A stretch of DNA of 64,000 nt, taken from IMG/VR virus record IMGVR_UViG_3300038673_000745, positions 11,367-75,366 of that record; one strand, given 5' to 3'. This DNA comes from a virus. Shown piece by piece: positions 10,045-18,713 of the stretch. Numbering within the stretch: the stretch's first letter is position 1; each line of letters begins with the position of its first letter. The notes under the pieces were generated by a model. That model had not been told where the DNA came from and ran no database searches. It worked only from the letters and a program-made list of their open reading frames with translations. The translations under genes were made by a program, and so were the position numbers.

Positions 10045-10828
10045 TTATCTCATTGCAACAGGGCTTGTTCTGATTCTCATCGCCCTCATTCTATCTCATG
10101 TAGTAAACGCAGACATTTACGAATCTCAGGGATATTCAAACGGAGGAGATTCGTCCGGTTGTTTTCAGCAATGGGGTACAACCGGGTCGAACATAATGAA
10201 GTTTGGAACTGTCAACGATTCGGAGAATTACCATGCGGCATCATACCAGTTTACAACGTTAGGGAAATCAGGGTATGCAAAGCAAATTACCTCTGGAGAG
10301 ACATTTTCTAGCACGATGGATATATCTGCATCACACATGCTCAATTATTTTGAGACCGGTGCAATGGCAGATTACCAGGCAAATGTTCCGGATAGTATAT
10401 GTGACACTGATCTTGGAGATATCGGGACCGGTCCATCCGGGAAATATCCGTCGTCCCAATCGGTTGATTATCTAACGGGAATCATGGCAACAAATTCGTC
10501 CCGGTATCAGTCATCAATAGAAATTGCAGGAACCACGCTCACCCACGATATAACAGCAACCTCAAAAGATGGATATTATTACAACGATCTGAAAGGATAT
10601 CTGAAAGCAGGGTTCGATAAAAATTCATCAGATTTAAGTCTTGCATACGGCGTCCATGATCATACCGTTACCCGGTCCAACGAAACCGCACCGCTCAATG
10701 TCGGATTTGACTATTCATGGAACGGATATGAAATCGTAGAACCGGAAGAAGAGACATACACTGTCTCTTCAATATCATCAGAGAGATTAGAAAAATTCGT
10801 GAATGCGACAAACACAACGGCTGAATAG
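10031..10828 (+). CDS. exported or membrane-anchored protein
   Basis: Start re-assigned to MKTNNYLIATGLVLILIALILSHVVNA (signal peptide/TM); S/T/G-rich beta-type body. Confidence 0.65.
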   Translation: MKTNNYLIATGLVLILIALILSHVVNADIYESQGYSNGGDSSGCFQQWGTTGSNIMKFGTVNDSENYHAASYQFTTLGKSGYAKQITSGETFSSTMDISASHMLNYFETGAMADYQANVPDSICDTDLGDIGTGPSGKYPSSQSVDYLTGIMATNSSRYQSSIEIAGTTLTHDITATSKDGYYYNDLKGYLKAGFDKNSSDLSLAYGVHDHTVTRSNETAPLNVGFDYSWNGYEIVEPEEETYTVSSISSERLEKFVNATNTTAE

Positions 10829-10866
10829 AATTCCCGTTTATCTTCTCTCCCACCCATCTCTTTTGC

Positions 10867-11298
10867 ATGGAATCATTGTTACCCTTCGGCATTGATCCAG
10901 CATGGATAGGAATGATCATCGCCTGGGTAGTAGCAGGGGTATTATATCTAAAACTCCGGTCTGTCGTCAACATATCCCGGAACTATGCCCGTATGGTTGT
11001 ATCTCGAGCTAGGATAATGGCCGATGGTCAGATAATCGTAACCGAACCCGATGTTCCGGAATTCGTAAAGGCTACATTTGAGTTCATGGATGAGTTAGAA
11101 GCTGCTCTTTCCAGAATATTTGGGTATCTGGCTAACCATCCATCAACCGGGTGGATTAAAGGATATGAACCGGGTATTCAGGCGGTAGTGAAAGCAGCGA
11201 CACAGGAACTTGCTTCAACTGCTCCTCCGGGACCGTATGAAGTAAAAACAGTAACGCCAGACGAACCGCAGACCGAGACAGTCGGTCAACCAGGATAA
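10867..11298 (+). CDS. N-terminal TM protein (holin-like candidate)
   Basis: WIGMIIAWVVAGVLYL hydrophobic segment; promoter motif 30 nt upstream. Confidence 0.5.
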   Translation: MESLLPFGIDPAWIGMIIAWVVAGVLYLKLRSVVNISRNYARMVVSRARIMADGQIIVTEPDVPEFVKATFEFMDELEAALSRIFGYLANHPSTGWIKGYEPGIQAVVKAATQELASTAPPGPYEVKTVTPDEPQTETVGQPG

Positions 11299-11302
11299 TC
11301 AC

Positions 11303-11743
11303 ATGCCAGTCATTAACATAGTTGGTATCGGACCCTCTGAACAGGAAGCAGCCTTACGGCCAAAACCGGTCCTTTCAACAGATATTCAGACTCTCAATTG
11401 CACAACAAATGGAAAAATCTTCGTAGGAATAGAAATCCTCAAGAACGGGGCTCAATTTGCTCTTCAGATGCTCTTCGACGGAAAACCGGTTGCAATCAAA
11501 GATAATGAAAAAGGTATGAACTCAACCGGAGTGTATACGTCCGGACGATATGAGTCCTATGCAGTCGATCTTCCTTCACGACTGCTCACCGTGCAGAAAG
11601 AACCTCATACGGTCCAATTCCTTATTGGCAAGTATGACCAGGAACAATTCATCGAATCAGGCAGATCTCGGATGTTTGAGATATATGTGACTGGAGAAAC
11701 ACCAAAAATCGATCCAAAGGTAAAGCCAGAGGACCGGGATTAA
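11303..11743 (+). CDS. hypothetical protein
   Basis: 146-aa ORF. Confidence 0.6.
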   Translation: MPVINIVGIGPSEQEAALRPKPVLSTDIQTLNCTTNGKIFVGIEILKNGAQFALQMLFDGKPVAIKDNEKGMNSTGVYTSGRYESYAVDLPSRLLTVQKEPHTVQFLIGKYDQEQFIESGRSRMFEIYVTGETPKIDPKVKPEDRD

Positions 11744-11753
11744 ATTATTTTTT

Positions 11754-11826
11754 GGGCGGGTAGCTCTAACGGCAGAGCGTCCGGTTTGCATCCGGAAGGC
11801 TCCGGGTTCAACTCCCGGTCTGTCCA
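11754..11826 (+). tRNA. tRNA-Ala(UGC)
   Basis: Full cloverleaf: acceptor GGGCGGG/TCTGTCC with G3:U70, D arm GCTC/GAGC, anticodon arm TCCGG-TTTGCAT-CCGGA, T arm CCGGG-TTCAACT-CCCGG, discriminator A, no encoded CCA. Confidence 0.93.
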
Positions 11827-11969
11827 TTCCCTCACTCGCTTCAATGGGTGAGGTGTAGAGGGGTTATGATCTAGTAGATTCGCAACTCTGGAACACACCT
11901 ACCGAATGCGGTAAACCCAGGGCCTTGACGGGTAATGGAACGGTGATGTACCGTTATCAGAATACATCA

Positions 11970-12012
11970 ACTCCTTTCAGGATAACAAACGGTTCAATTC
12001 CGTAAAGGAGCA
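11970..12012 (+). ncRNA. tRNA minihelix-like element (acceptor stem plus T arm only)
   Basis: CTCCTTT/AAAGGAG stem stacked on ACGG-TTCAATT-CCGT; an 11-nt linker replaces the D and anticodon arms. Confidence 0.55.
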
Positions 12013-12107
12013 TCCCATAGGGTAATTCCTATGGAGAAGTATGTGTCGCGAAATACGTGTTGGCAATCCGGAATTAGACGGATAAAACAGATCTCATTCT
12101 GTTTTGA

Positions 12108-12173
12108 ACTCCTGTGGTGTAGTGGTCAATCATACTGGGCCCGGTGACACCGGTTCGATTCCGGTCAGGAGTA
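12108..12173 (+). ncRNA. tRNA-Gln-like RNA lacking the anticodon loop
   Basis: ACTCCTG/CAGGAGT acceptor (A1:U72), D arm GTGT-AGTGGTCAATC-ATAC, CTGGG directly joined to CCCGG, T arm ACCGG-TTCGATT-CCGGT; 66 nt. Confidence 0.75.
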
Positions 12174-12287
12174 TCTCCCCTAATGACCTTCCGTGGTAAT
12201 GGCCGAGCGAAGGGGAGAACAATAATCCTCGGATCATCAGCGAATGCGGTTCATTACCGCATCCGGGGTATTCTCACAGGTGATACT

Positions 12288-15200
12288 TTGCAGAACGATT
12301 ATCAGCGGATGTTACAGGATATTCTTGAGGACCGTTATTTACAACCGGGTGAAAAAACCTTTTCTGACGTTACAACTCGTGTATCCTCATTTCTAAAGAC
12401 GAATGATAAAGACCTCATGGATTCCGGAACCTTCCTTTACAACTCTCCGGCGCTCATGAATGCAGGAACCGCTCATCCTATGATGTCTGCCTGTTTCGTT
12501 TTGCCTATTAACGATTCACTAGATGAGATTTATGACACATTAAAACGAGCAGCGAAGATCTTTAAGGTTGGTGGGGGAGTCGGAATCAATTTTTCTCCAC
12601 TCCGGCCAAAAGGAGCCCCCGTGAAAGGAACCGGGGGCACTTCATCCGGGGCAATTGCATTTATTGAAAATTTTAATTCAATGGTGAAAACCGTAGAATC
12701 GGGAGGAAGACGACGGGGAGCTGCAATTGCAATCCTAAATGATGACCATCCGGACATAATAGATTTTGTCAAAGCAAAATCCGATAATGAATCAGATCTG
12801 AAGAATTTTAATCTATCCGTTCTCATTACAGATAAATTCCTAGAAGCGGTTCAGAATGATGCAATGTGGGAATTGCGATGGAATGATCGCATATTCAAAA
12901 CAATTCCGGCGAAAGAATTGTTTAATCTTATTATCGACGGGATGTATTCGAAAGGTGAACCCGGAATTCTCTTTTTTGAGAATGCGAATCGTTTTAACCC
13001 GATGAAAGAGGTATTAGGAGATATTTACACCTGCAATCCTTGTTTGCATGAAGATTCATTATTATTTACAACTGACGGACTTCAAAAGATATCTCAATGT
13101 AATCATAATATTTGGAATGGATCAGGATATTCTCAATCGAACACTTGGAGTAATGGAATAAAGGAAACGATCAGGATCACTACGAAATCGGGATTTGAAT
13201 GGATTACTACACCAGACCACAGATTCTTATTAAAAGATGGAGATTGGTGTGAGGCTCAATATCTGATGGATAAGAAGATCGCGTTTCAAGTGAGAGAATA
13301 TGATTGGGTGGGGATTAATCCCCATCCTGATTGTGATTATGAAATCCTTGGATTTGAATTTGGGGATGGTTCGTATCATAAAGCCTCTAAACGGATGAAA
13401 TATATCTATGCTACTCCGGGAAAAGATGAAGAGGTTGTAGCAAAACTGGAAACAGTGTTTAATGGTTCATTCTATTTGGATTGTGGAAGTAGATATCTAA
13501 TAAACATTCCATTTGGGACAATTTATACAGATGCATTTATTGGAACTTTGCCAGAACGGATGATTCCTGATTGGATATTATCTCTCCCAAAAGAACAGAT
13601 GAGATCATTCCTCAAAGGATTGTTTAGTGCAAATGGAACTAATCTAAAGAAATATTTTAAATTGCAATTAGTTTCTTCAAATAAAGAGATGCTTCAACAA
13701 GTTCAACAAATGCTTTTACTATTTGGGATAAAAGGGAAACTTTGGTGGCATAATAGAGAAGTGATTCAAACCTTTTACAATGGTGATTATACCTGTAAAC
13801 AATCCTGGCACATTGTAATCAGTGGGGAATCTTATGATAAGTTCTTTGAAACAATTGGATTCATTCAATCATATAAGATGGAACGAATCCCCGGCAGAAT
13901 GTTCAAACCTGAAAAGAATTTTGAAGTAGTATGTGATATTTCAGATGCAGGAATGACAGAAGTATGGGATTTTAATGAGCCTATCAATCACTATGCTATC
14001 TGTTCTGGAGCATTTGTTCATAATTGCGGTGAAATTTTAGCCTGTGTTAATCCTAAAACCGGAGGGGGAGAGAGATGTATTCTAGGTTCTGCAAATCTCT
14101 CTCATTTTGGAACGGTTCAGGAATTTGATATAAATCGGTTTAAAGAAGTTGTTAGGAGCGGAGTTATCGGATTAAATGAAATTGTAGACAAAGATGAACT
14201 TCCACTACCTGAAGTGGCTGAATGTGCAATGCTAGGTAAAAAGATCGGGTTTGGAATTATGGGGTTTGCTGATCTTCTGGTCAAGTCAGGGATTCCATAC
14301 AATTCTGACGATGCCATTCTTGCAATTGAGAAAATAGGGTTTCATCTGAAACAGCAGGCGATTGACACATCAATTGAAGTTGGTTCAATAAAAGGACCGT
14401 ATAAAGAAGGACAATTGATGAGAAATGCCTGTGTCCTCTCTATTGCTCCAACTGGAACACTATCAATCCTCGCTAACTGTTCTTCTGGAATCGAACCGGT
14501 ATACAAATGGGTGTATGACAGAGTCGTGTGCTTGAAAACAGGAGATACGGTGTATAGGATCATTCACCCACTCTATGAAAAACTCCTGGATGAACATTAC
14601 TCAGATCACAAAGAAGAATTGTTAGAGTATGCATACACTCACGGGTCAATCCAGAATGCACCATACATCAGTAAAGAACATAAGAGAATCTATGTTGTTG
14701 CATCAGATATTGAGCCCGGCTGGCAGATACATCACCAGGCAACATGGCAGAAATATGTTGACCAGAGTATCAGCAAAACCTGTAATGTATCATCTGATAC
14801 TACAAAAGAAGAGATCTCACAACTTGTTTTCAAAGCTCATGCAGCAGGTATCAAAGGGTTTACCCTCCTTCGTGAATGGTCGCGGAATGATGCGGTAATG
14901 AAAGCCGGTAAAGAAACCCACAAAAACGGAACCGCGAAACGGAAGAAAGAGTTAACCGGTAAAACCATGCAGTATTCATCCGGTTGCGGAACGCTGTATA
15001 TCACGGTTAATTTCGATGAGAACGGTAAGATAATCGAGGTATTAGCAAACCCGAACGGTGGAGGATGTAACGCATCCATAGAGGCTATGTGCAGGCTCGC
15101 GTCCGTCGCTCTCCGGAACAACCATCCGATAACGGATATCATCCGGCAGCTCAGGAAAGTGAATCCATGTGTAGCAGCCGGGAAGAATAAACAGGCTGAA

Positions 15201-15371
15201 GGGAAATCGTGTGCGGATATTATTGGCAGGTGCCTGGCAGAACATCTCAAGGACCAGGGAAAACCGGAGGTGAATACATCAGGACCGGCATGTCCTGAAT
15301 GTGGTGCTCCGGTGAACTTTGCTGACGGGTGCAGGCGGTGTACTGAATGTTCATGGAGCAAGTGCGGGTGA
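12288..15371 (+). CDS. nrdJ: class II (adenosylcobalamin-dependent) ribonucleotide reductase with intein, TSCPD-like and Zn-ribbon C-terminus
   Basis: NSPALMNAG, SACFV, GGGVG.NFS.LRPKG, GGRRRGA, NP|CGE, SIAPTGT, DQSISKTCN; start re-assigned to TTG 12288 after the AGGTGA RBS. Confidence 0.93.
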   Translation: MQNDYQRMLQDILEDRYLQPGEKTFSDVTTRVSSFLKTNDKDLMDSGTFLYNSPALMNAGTAHPMMSACFVLPINDSLDEIYDTLKRAAKIFKVGGGVGINFSPLRPKGAPVKGTGGTSSGAIAFIENFNSMVKTVESGGRRRGAAIAILNDDHPDIIDFVKAKSDNESDLKNFNLSVLITDKFLEAVQNDAMWELRWNDRIFKTIPAKELFNLIIDGMYSKGEPGILFFENANRFNPMKEVLGDIYTCNPCLHEDSLLFTTDGLQKISQCNHNIWNGSGYSQSNTWSNGIKETIRITTKSGFEWITTPDHRFLLKDGDWCEAQYLMDKKIAFQVREYDWVGINPHPDCDYEILGFEFGDGSYHKASKRMKYIYATPGKDEEVVAKLETVFNGSFYLDCGSRYLINIPFGTIYTDAFIGTLPERMIPDWILSLPKEQMRSFLKGLFSANGTNLKKYFKLQLVSSNKEMLQQVQQMLLLFGIKGKLWWHNREVIQTFYNGDYTCKQSWHIVISGESYDKFFETIGFIQSYKMERIPGRMFKPEKNFEVVCDISDAGMTEVWDFNEPINHYAICSGAFVHNCGEILACVNPKTGGGERCILGSANLSHFGTVQEFDINRFKEVVRSGVIGLNEIVDKDELPLPEVAECAMLGKKIGFGIMGFADLLVKSGIPYNSDDAILAIEKIGFHLKQQAIDTSIEVGSIKGPYKEGQLMRNACVLSIAPTGTLSILANCSSGIEPVYKWVYDRVVCLKTGDTVYRIIHPLYEKLLDEHYSDHKEELLEYAYTHGSIQNAPYISKEHKRIYVVASDIEPGWQIHHQATWQKYVDQSISKTCNVSSDTTKEEISQLVFKAHAAGIKGFTLLREWSRNDAVMKAGKETHKNGTAKRKKELTGKTMQYSSGCGTLYITVNFDENGKIIEVLANPNGGGCNASIEAMCRLASVALRNNHPITDIIRQLRKVNPCVAAGKNKQAEGKSCADIIGRCLAEHLKDQGKPEVNTSGPACPECGAPVNFADGCRRCTECSWSKCG
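13041..14024 (+). mobile_element. intein (328 aa) with LAGLIDADG homing endonuclease
   Basis: Starts CLHEDSL, ends AFVHN with +1 Cys; LGFEFGDGS and FLKGLFSANG motifs; splits the NPCGE motif. Confidence 0.92.
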
Positions 15372-15537
15372 AGCCCCGATGCATGTATCGGGTCAAATTC
15401 CGGGGAACGTTCGTCTGTTCGGAGAAGGTGAGAGGAAGGTATTGCCCGTATCAGCATGTCAAGTGTGATTGTAGATAACCCTTTTTTTCTCAATTCGCAA
15501 TTCCTGTATATTATCTCACAGGGCATACATTAGTTAC

Positions 15538-15735
15538 ATGAGACAAACGACATCACTCACCGTCTCATATCGGACTCGTGATAAGTTGAAATCTGTTGGA
15601 AAATTTGGGGAATCGTATGATTCTCTTATTAACCGATTGATTGATGAACGAGTATCAGAACCGACAGAAGAATACCGGTCCCAAACCTCGCAGGAAGAGA
15701 CCGGTGACACTCACAATGGAGCAGGTACATGTTAG
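15538..15735 (+). CDS. small RHH-like regulator
   Basis: TTSLTVSYRTRDKLKSVGKFGESYDSLINRLID, a typical archaeal RHH/antitoxin pattern. Confidence 0.7.
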   Translation: MRQTTSLTVSYRTRDKLKSVGKFGESYDSLINRLIDERVSEPTEEYRSQTSQEETGDTHNGAGTC

Positions 15736-16664
15736 GCGATAACGTAGAAGTAATTACCGCACAGACGGAAGATAATATCACCGGGATAGTAATTGATGGA
15801 GAACCTTGTTTATATTGGCTCAAAGTATATCAGGCGATTGGATTACGTAAGGAACATGCTCCAAAAGTAATTGCTCGATTAACAGAAGGTATTCATTATA
15901 GAAAGTTTTCAAGAACGGATTATTATCAACTGTTTGAAGGAGTAGCCAAAATGGCTACTGGTAACAATAGTGCAAGATCATTTGTTTTTTTGACCACTGA
16001 AGGGTATAATCGTGCAATTATGGAAATTAGCACAGGTCATATGAGTGATCCTGAAATTGCCGCAGCCATTGACCGGAAGAAGGATGAGATTGCAAATATC
16101 TATACCCGATACCAGAGAGGGGAAGTCCTTCAGTTACCTGATGCAAAACAGAACACAATCACCGGGAAGGTTGACCAGGTTCTTGATGAGAATCTCGATA
16201 TCGCTCAATCACACATCCGGAAAGGAGCAGATAAGACAAAGGCGTATGAAAAGGCGTTGAATGCTTCCATCGAGGCAACCGGATCACCCTATCTGGAATA
16301 CTACCGGGATATTGTTCTGACTCTTCCGGCACCTTCTGATATCCCACTCATTGAAGATATTGAATCTGGGTGGTATTCTGCTTCATCAATTGCTAAGGCT
16401 TTGAACAAGAAGCGAAATGATGTATATAACATTCTCATATCCTGGGGATATATGGAGATGGAAAACGGGAAACACAGCATAACTCCTGAAGGGAAATGCC
16501 ATGGGAAAATGCAGGATACAAAATTCTATGGACCAAAAGGATCCGGCATTCGTCAGAATTGGTATTGGGATCAGAATACCTATGATCGAATTGAGCATGA
16601 ATTTGATATCAGAAAGGGGCAGATGACTTTAACCGGAGAGAAAGCCTGTGGAGTATCAGCTTAA
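15729..16664 (+). CDS. Bro-N plus antirepressor (KilA-C/ANT-like) protein
   Basis: IVIDGEPCLYW...LTEGIHYRK...FLTTEGYNRAI; C-terminal YSASSIAKAL...LISWGYM...ITPEG. Confidence 0.65.
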   Translation: MLGDNVEVITAQTEDNITGIVIDGEPCLYWLKVYQAIGLRKEHAPKVIARLTEGIHYRKFSRTDYYQLFEGVAKMATGNNSARSFVFLTTEGYNRAIMEISTGHMSDPEIAAAIDRKKDEIANIYTRYQRGEVLQLPDAKQNTITGKVDQVLDENLDIAQSHIRKGADKTKAYEKALNASIEATGSPYLEYYRDIVLTLPAPSDIPLIEDIESGWYSASSIAKALNKKRNDVYNILISWGYMEMENGKHSITPEGKCHGKMQDTKFYGPKGSGIRQNWYWDQNTYDRIEHEFDIRKGQMTLTGEKACGVSA

Positions 16665-16827
16665 GAAAGGCTCATTGGATCATTTTTTCCAGACTTTGAA
16701 AATATCAGCGGATATTGATGATGTAATTGTTGGAATAATGAACACTGATGATGAAACAGAACGGGCATGTTTAATCAAACATTTGAATCATGAAGGGGTA
16801 TACTGGGAGACTGAAGGATAAGTTCCA

Positions 16828-17028
16828 ATGACCTCCCCGAAATGTGATCACCGGTGCCCGTATCATCGAATGGTAAAGGCGGTTCAGAAACTTGATGATA
16901 ACACCTGGAACGAATTCGAGAGATCAGACTGTTTTCATCCGAACGCTCTGAAGTTATTCAAGCCGGACCGGAACGGTGGTGTCGCGGTGGGAAAAGTATG
17001 TTGGACCTGTTCAGGTCGATGGCTATGA
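16828..17028 (+). CDS. small Cys-rich protein
   Basis: CDHRCPYH...CFH...CWTC. Confidence 0.45.
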   Translation: MTSPKCDHRCPYHRMVKAVQKLDDNTWNEFERSDCFHPNALKLFKPDRNGGVAVGKVCWTCSGRWL

Positions 17029-17192
17029 ACTGTTTCGGATGCAGATTTAATAAAAATTATGGACTCCCGGTCCATTGGTGTGAAGGATTTGTTCCTGGAA
17101 GATTGAATTTGAACTATCCGCACCCGTTTGATGATTGTCCTGAGGGAAAAAAACCATCGCCCATTGTAACAAAATTAGAGGATTTATGGTAG
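17025..17192 (+). CDS. small Cys-rich protein
   Basis: MNCFGCRF...HWC...DDCP; ATGA-coupled. Confidence 0.45.
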   Translation: MNCFGCRFNKNYGLPVHWCEGFVPGRLNLNYPHPFDDCPEGKKPSPIVTKLEDLW

Positions 17193-17312
17193 ATAACATA
17201 TTATTTTGTCCTGATTGTGAAGGAGAAGGGATAAATGAACGCGGGTATATCTGTAAAAAGTGCAGAGGGACCGGGTTAGTCCGGGTCTATATTAATGAGG
17301 AGGAAGTGAATA

Positions 17313-17498
17313 ATGAAGTATCATGAGATATATTCCCGGAAAAAGATCAATAATATCTTATTCGCTCATGATGAAAACGGGAGATATAAACGAGTGGGAA
17401 AAGTTAAGTCATGGTCGTTTGAAATTGCAGATGGGGCTAAATGGACACGGCACAAGAAAGAATTGATGAAATGTGAGAGGTGTCTTAGGAGACTTTGA
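17313..17498 (+). CDS. hypothetical protein
   Basis: GAGGAGGAAGTGA RBS upstream. Confidence 0.5.
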   Translation: MKYHEIYSRKKINNILFAHDENGRYKRVGKVKSWSFEIADGAKWTRHKKELMKCERCLRRL

Positions 17499-17687
17499 AT
17501 GAAATCCAAAGCAACCTGGATATGTGTCCAGTGTGGGTATAGCAATCGGTGCGAAGTGACACAGCATTCGGATGAGGAGACACACGTCCGGGAATGCCCT
17601 CCGTACGGATGTCTGCAGGGGATGTGCAAGATAGATTACCATGATGAGGATAAAGCAGATTGGGAACTTTTCTGGAGTTCAGAATGA
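17499..17687 (+). CDS. small zinc-finger protein
   Basis: WICVQCG...RCE...ECPPYGCLQGMC. Confidence 0.5.
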   Translation: MKSKATWICVQCGYSNRCEVTQHSDEETHVRECPPYGCLQGMCKIDYHDEDKADWELFWSSE

Positions 17688-17848
17688 TTAATTGTGATAC
17701 TGGTTTTTACAATGAATATGATAAAGAACGGTTTAAAGAGATTATATTCTTTCAGAATAGGCAATTATTGGGTATGATGAAGATGTTGTTTTTATCAGGT
17801 ATTGCTATCGGTATTGTGGTTGGGGGAATTATTGGTGCTTCGTTGTGA
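17684..17848 (+). CDS. small membrane protein
   Basis: C-terminal LFLSGIAIGIVVGGIIGASL. Confidence 0.5.
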   Translation: MINCDTGFYNEYDKERFKEIIFFQNRQLLGMMKMLFLSGIAIGIVVGGIIGASL

Positions 17849-17857
17849 AATGATAGA

Positions 17858-18097
17858 ATGATCCCACCGGTTGAGGAACGTGCGATTAGATTGTGCTCTG
17901 GTTGCATAAATTTAATAATTTTATCTCATGGGTGTGCAGAATGCAGGCTCGACAAGTCCGGTTCGGCTTGGAACGACCGAGTTAAAGAGTGCCAAAATAC
18001 TACCTCATGTGAGTATGCATCAAGAAAATATCCCTGTAAATATAATATCCGTTACGTTGAGGTGGATGAGTTAATCGAATCAGGGGTGATCGAATGA
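17858..18097 (+). CDS. small Cys-rich protein
   Basis: CSGC...CAEC...ECQNTTSC...YPC. Confidence 0.5.
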   Translation: MIPPVEERAIRLCSGCINLIILSHGCAECRLDKSGSAWNDRVKECQNTTSCEYASRKYPCKYNIRYVEVDELIESGVIE

Positions 18098-18375
18098 GCA
18101 ATACAATTGAAATCCGTGAATCTGTATTGCGATTTGCTGAATTAATGGAACTAACACTTCGATTGAATGATTATAAAGGAGGGTGGGAAAACGAACCGCC
18201 ACGGGCATTATTAAAGCGATTAAAAGATGAAGTGACAGAGTTAGAGATTGCTTTAGACTTTGCAGAATATGATGTTGAAAAAGAGGCTGAATGCGTTGAT
18301 GTTGCTAATTTTGCCATGATGATTGCTGATGTGTTGTGGCGTAATAGACAGCAGATCAACTCCGGGGCAGTGTGA
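18094..18375 (+). CDS. MazG-like all-alpha NTP pyrophosphohydrolase-like protein
   Basis: FAELMELTL..NDYKGGW...LLKRLKDEVTEL...EAECVDVANFAMMIAD. Confidence 0.65.
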   Translation: MSNTIEIRESVLRFAELMELTLRLNDYKGGWENEPPRALLKRLKDEVTELEIALDFAEYDVEKEAECVDVANFAMMIADVLWRNRQQINSGAV

Positions 18376-18376
18376 A

Positions 18377-18571
18377 ATGGTGGATCGTTTTATAAATGTA
18401 GAACAATTTTTTGAATATCTTGATAATATGGAATCTTATTTTGCAGATATTCATACCGATATTACAAAAGATGTATTAATTAGAGCACACGCAAGAGATG
18501 CACAAAATCAGTATTGGGTAGTAGGTCAAATATTAACAGAATATCTCAAATCAAACAACATGTGGGAATGA
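18377..18571 (+). CDS. hypothetical protein
   Basis: Start re-assigned to ATG 18377. Confidence 0.45.
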   Translation: MVDRFINVEQFFEYLDNMESYFADIHTDITKDVLIRAHARDAQNQYWVVGQILTEYLKSNNMWE

Positions 18572-18578
18572 GATTGTA

Positions 18579-18713
18579 ATGGGCCACTTTGAGAAAGGTA
18601 GATGGGTGGAAGATGCAAACAAGGCAGTTAAGCAAGGATTGATGCAGATAGGATGGGGCGATTGGGAGTTTGATACCTGTAAAGAAATTACAGACTCCGG
18701 GGTGATTGAATGA
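18579..18713 (+). CDS. small protein (44 aa, not in ORF track)
   Basis: MGHFEKGRWV...DSGVIE; shares its N-terminus with 19331..19762. Confidence 0.5.
   Translation: MGHFEKGRWVEDANKAVKQGLMQIGWGDWEFDTCKEITDSGVIE

Larger units (their letters stand above)
11830..12270 (+). ncRNA. candidate structured non-coding RNA region
   Basis: Dense perfect hairpins: CTCACTC/GGGTGAG, AGGTGT/ACACCT, AACGGT/ACCGTT, CCATAGG/CCTATGG, AAAACAG/CTGTTTT, TCTCCCCT/AGGGGAGA, ATGCGGT/ACCGCAT; no credible CDS. Confidence 0.65.

Noticed and set aside
11754-11826. tRNA-Ala as an attachment site or prophage boundary
   Set aside because: Viral genes continue on both sides, there is no duplicated tRNA 3' end, and no integrase is in the window.
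11826-12270. HDV-like (theta) ribozymes next to the tRNAs (CGAATG motifs at ~11903 and ~12240)
   Set aside because: I could not build the nested double pseudoknot by eye, and no G follows the tRNA 3' ends. An RNArobo or Infernal search would be decisive.
12144-12287. 48-aa N-terminal extension of RNR in the ORF track
   Set aside because: It overlaps the tRNA-like element and hairpins; a good AGGTGA RBS precedes TTG 12288.
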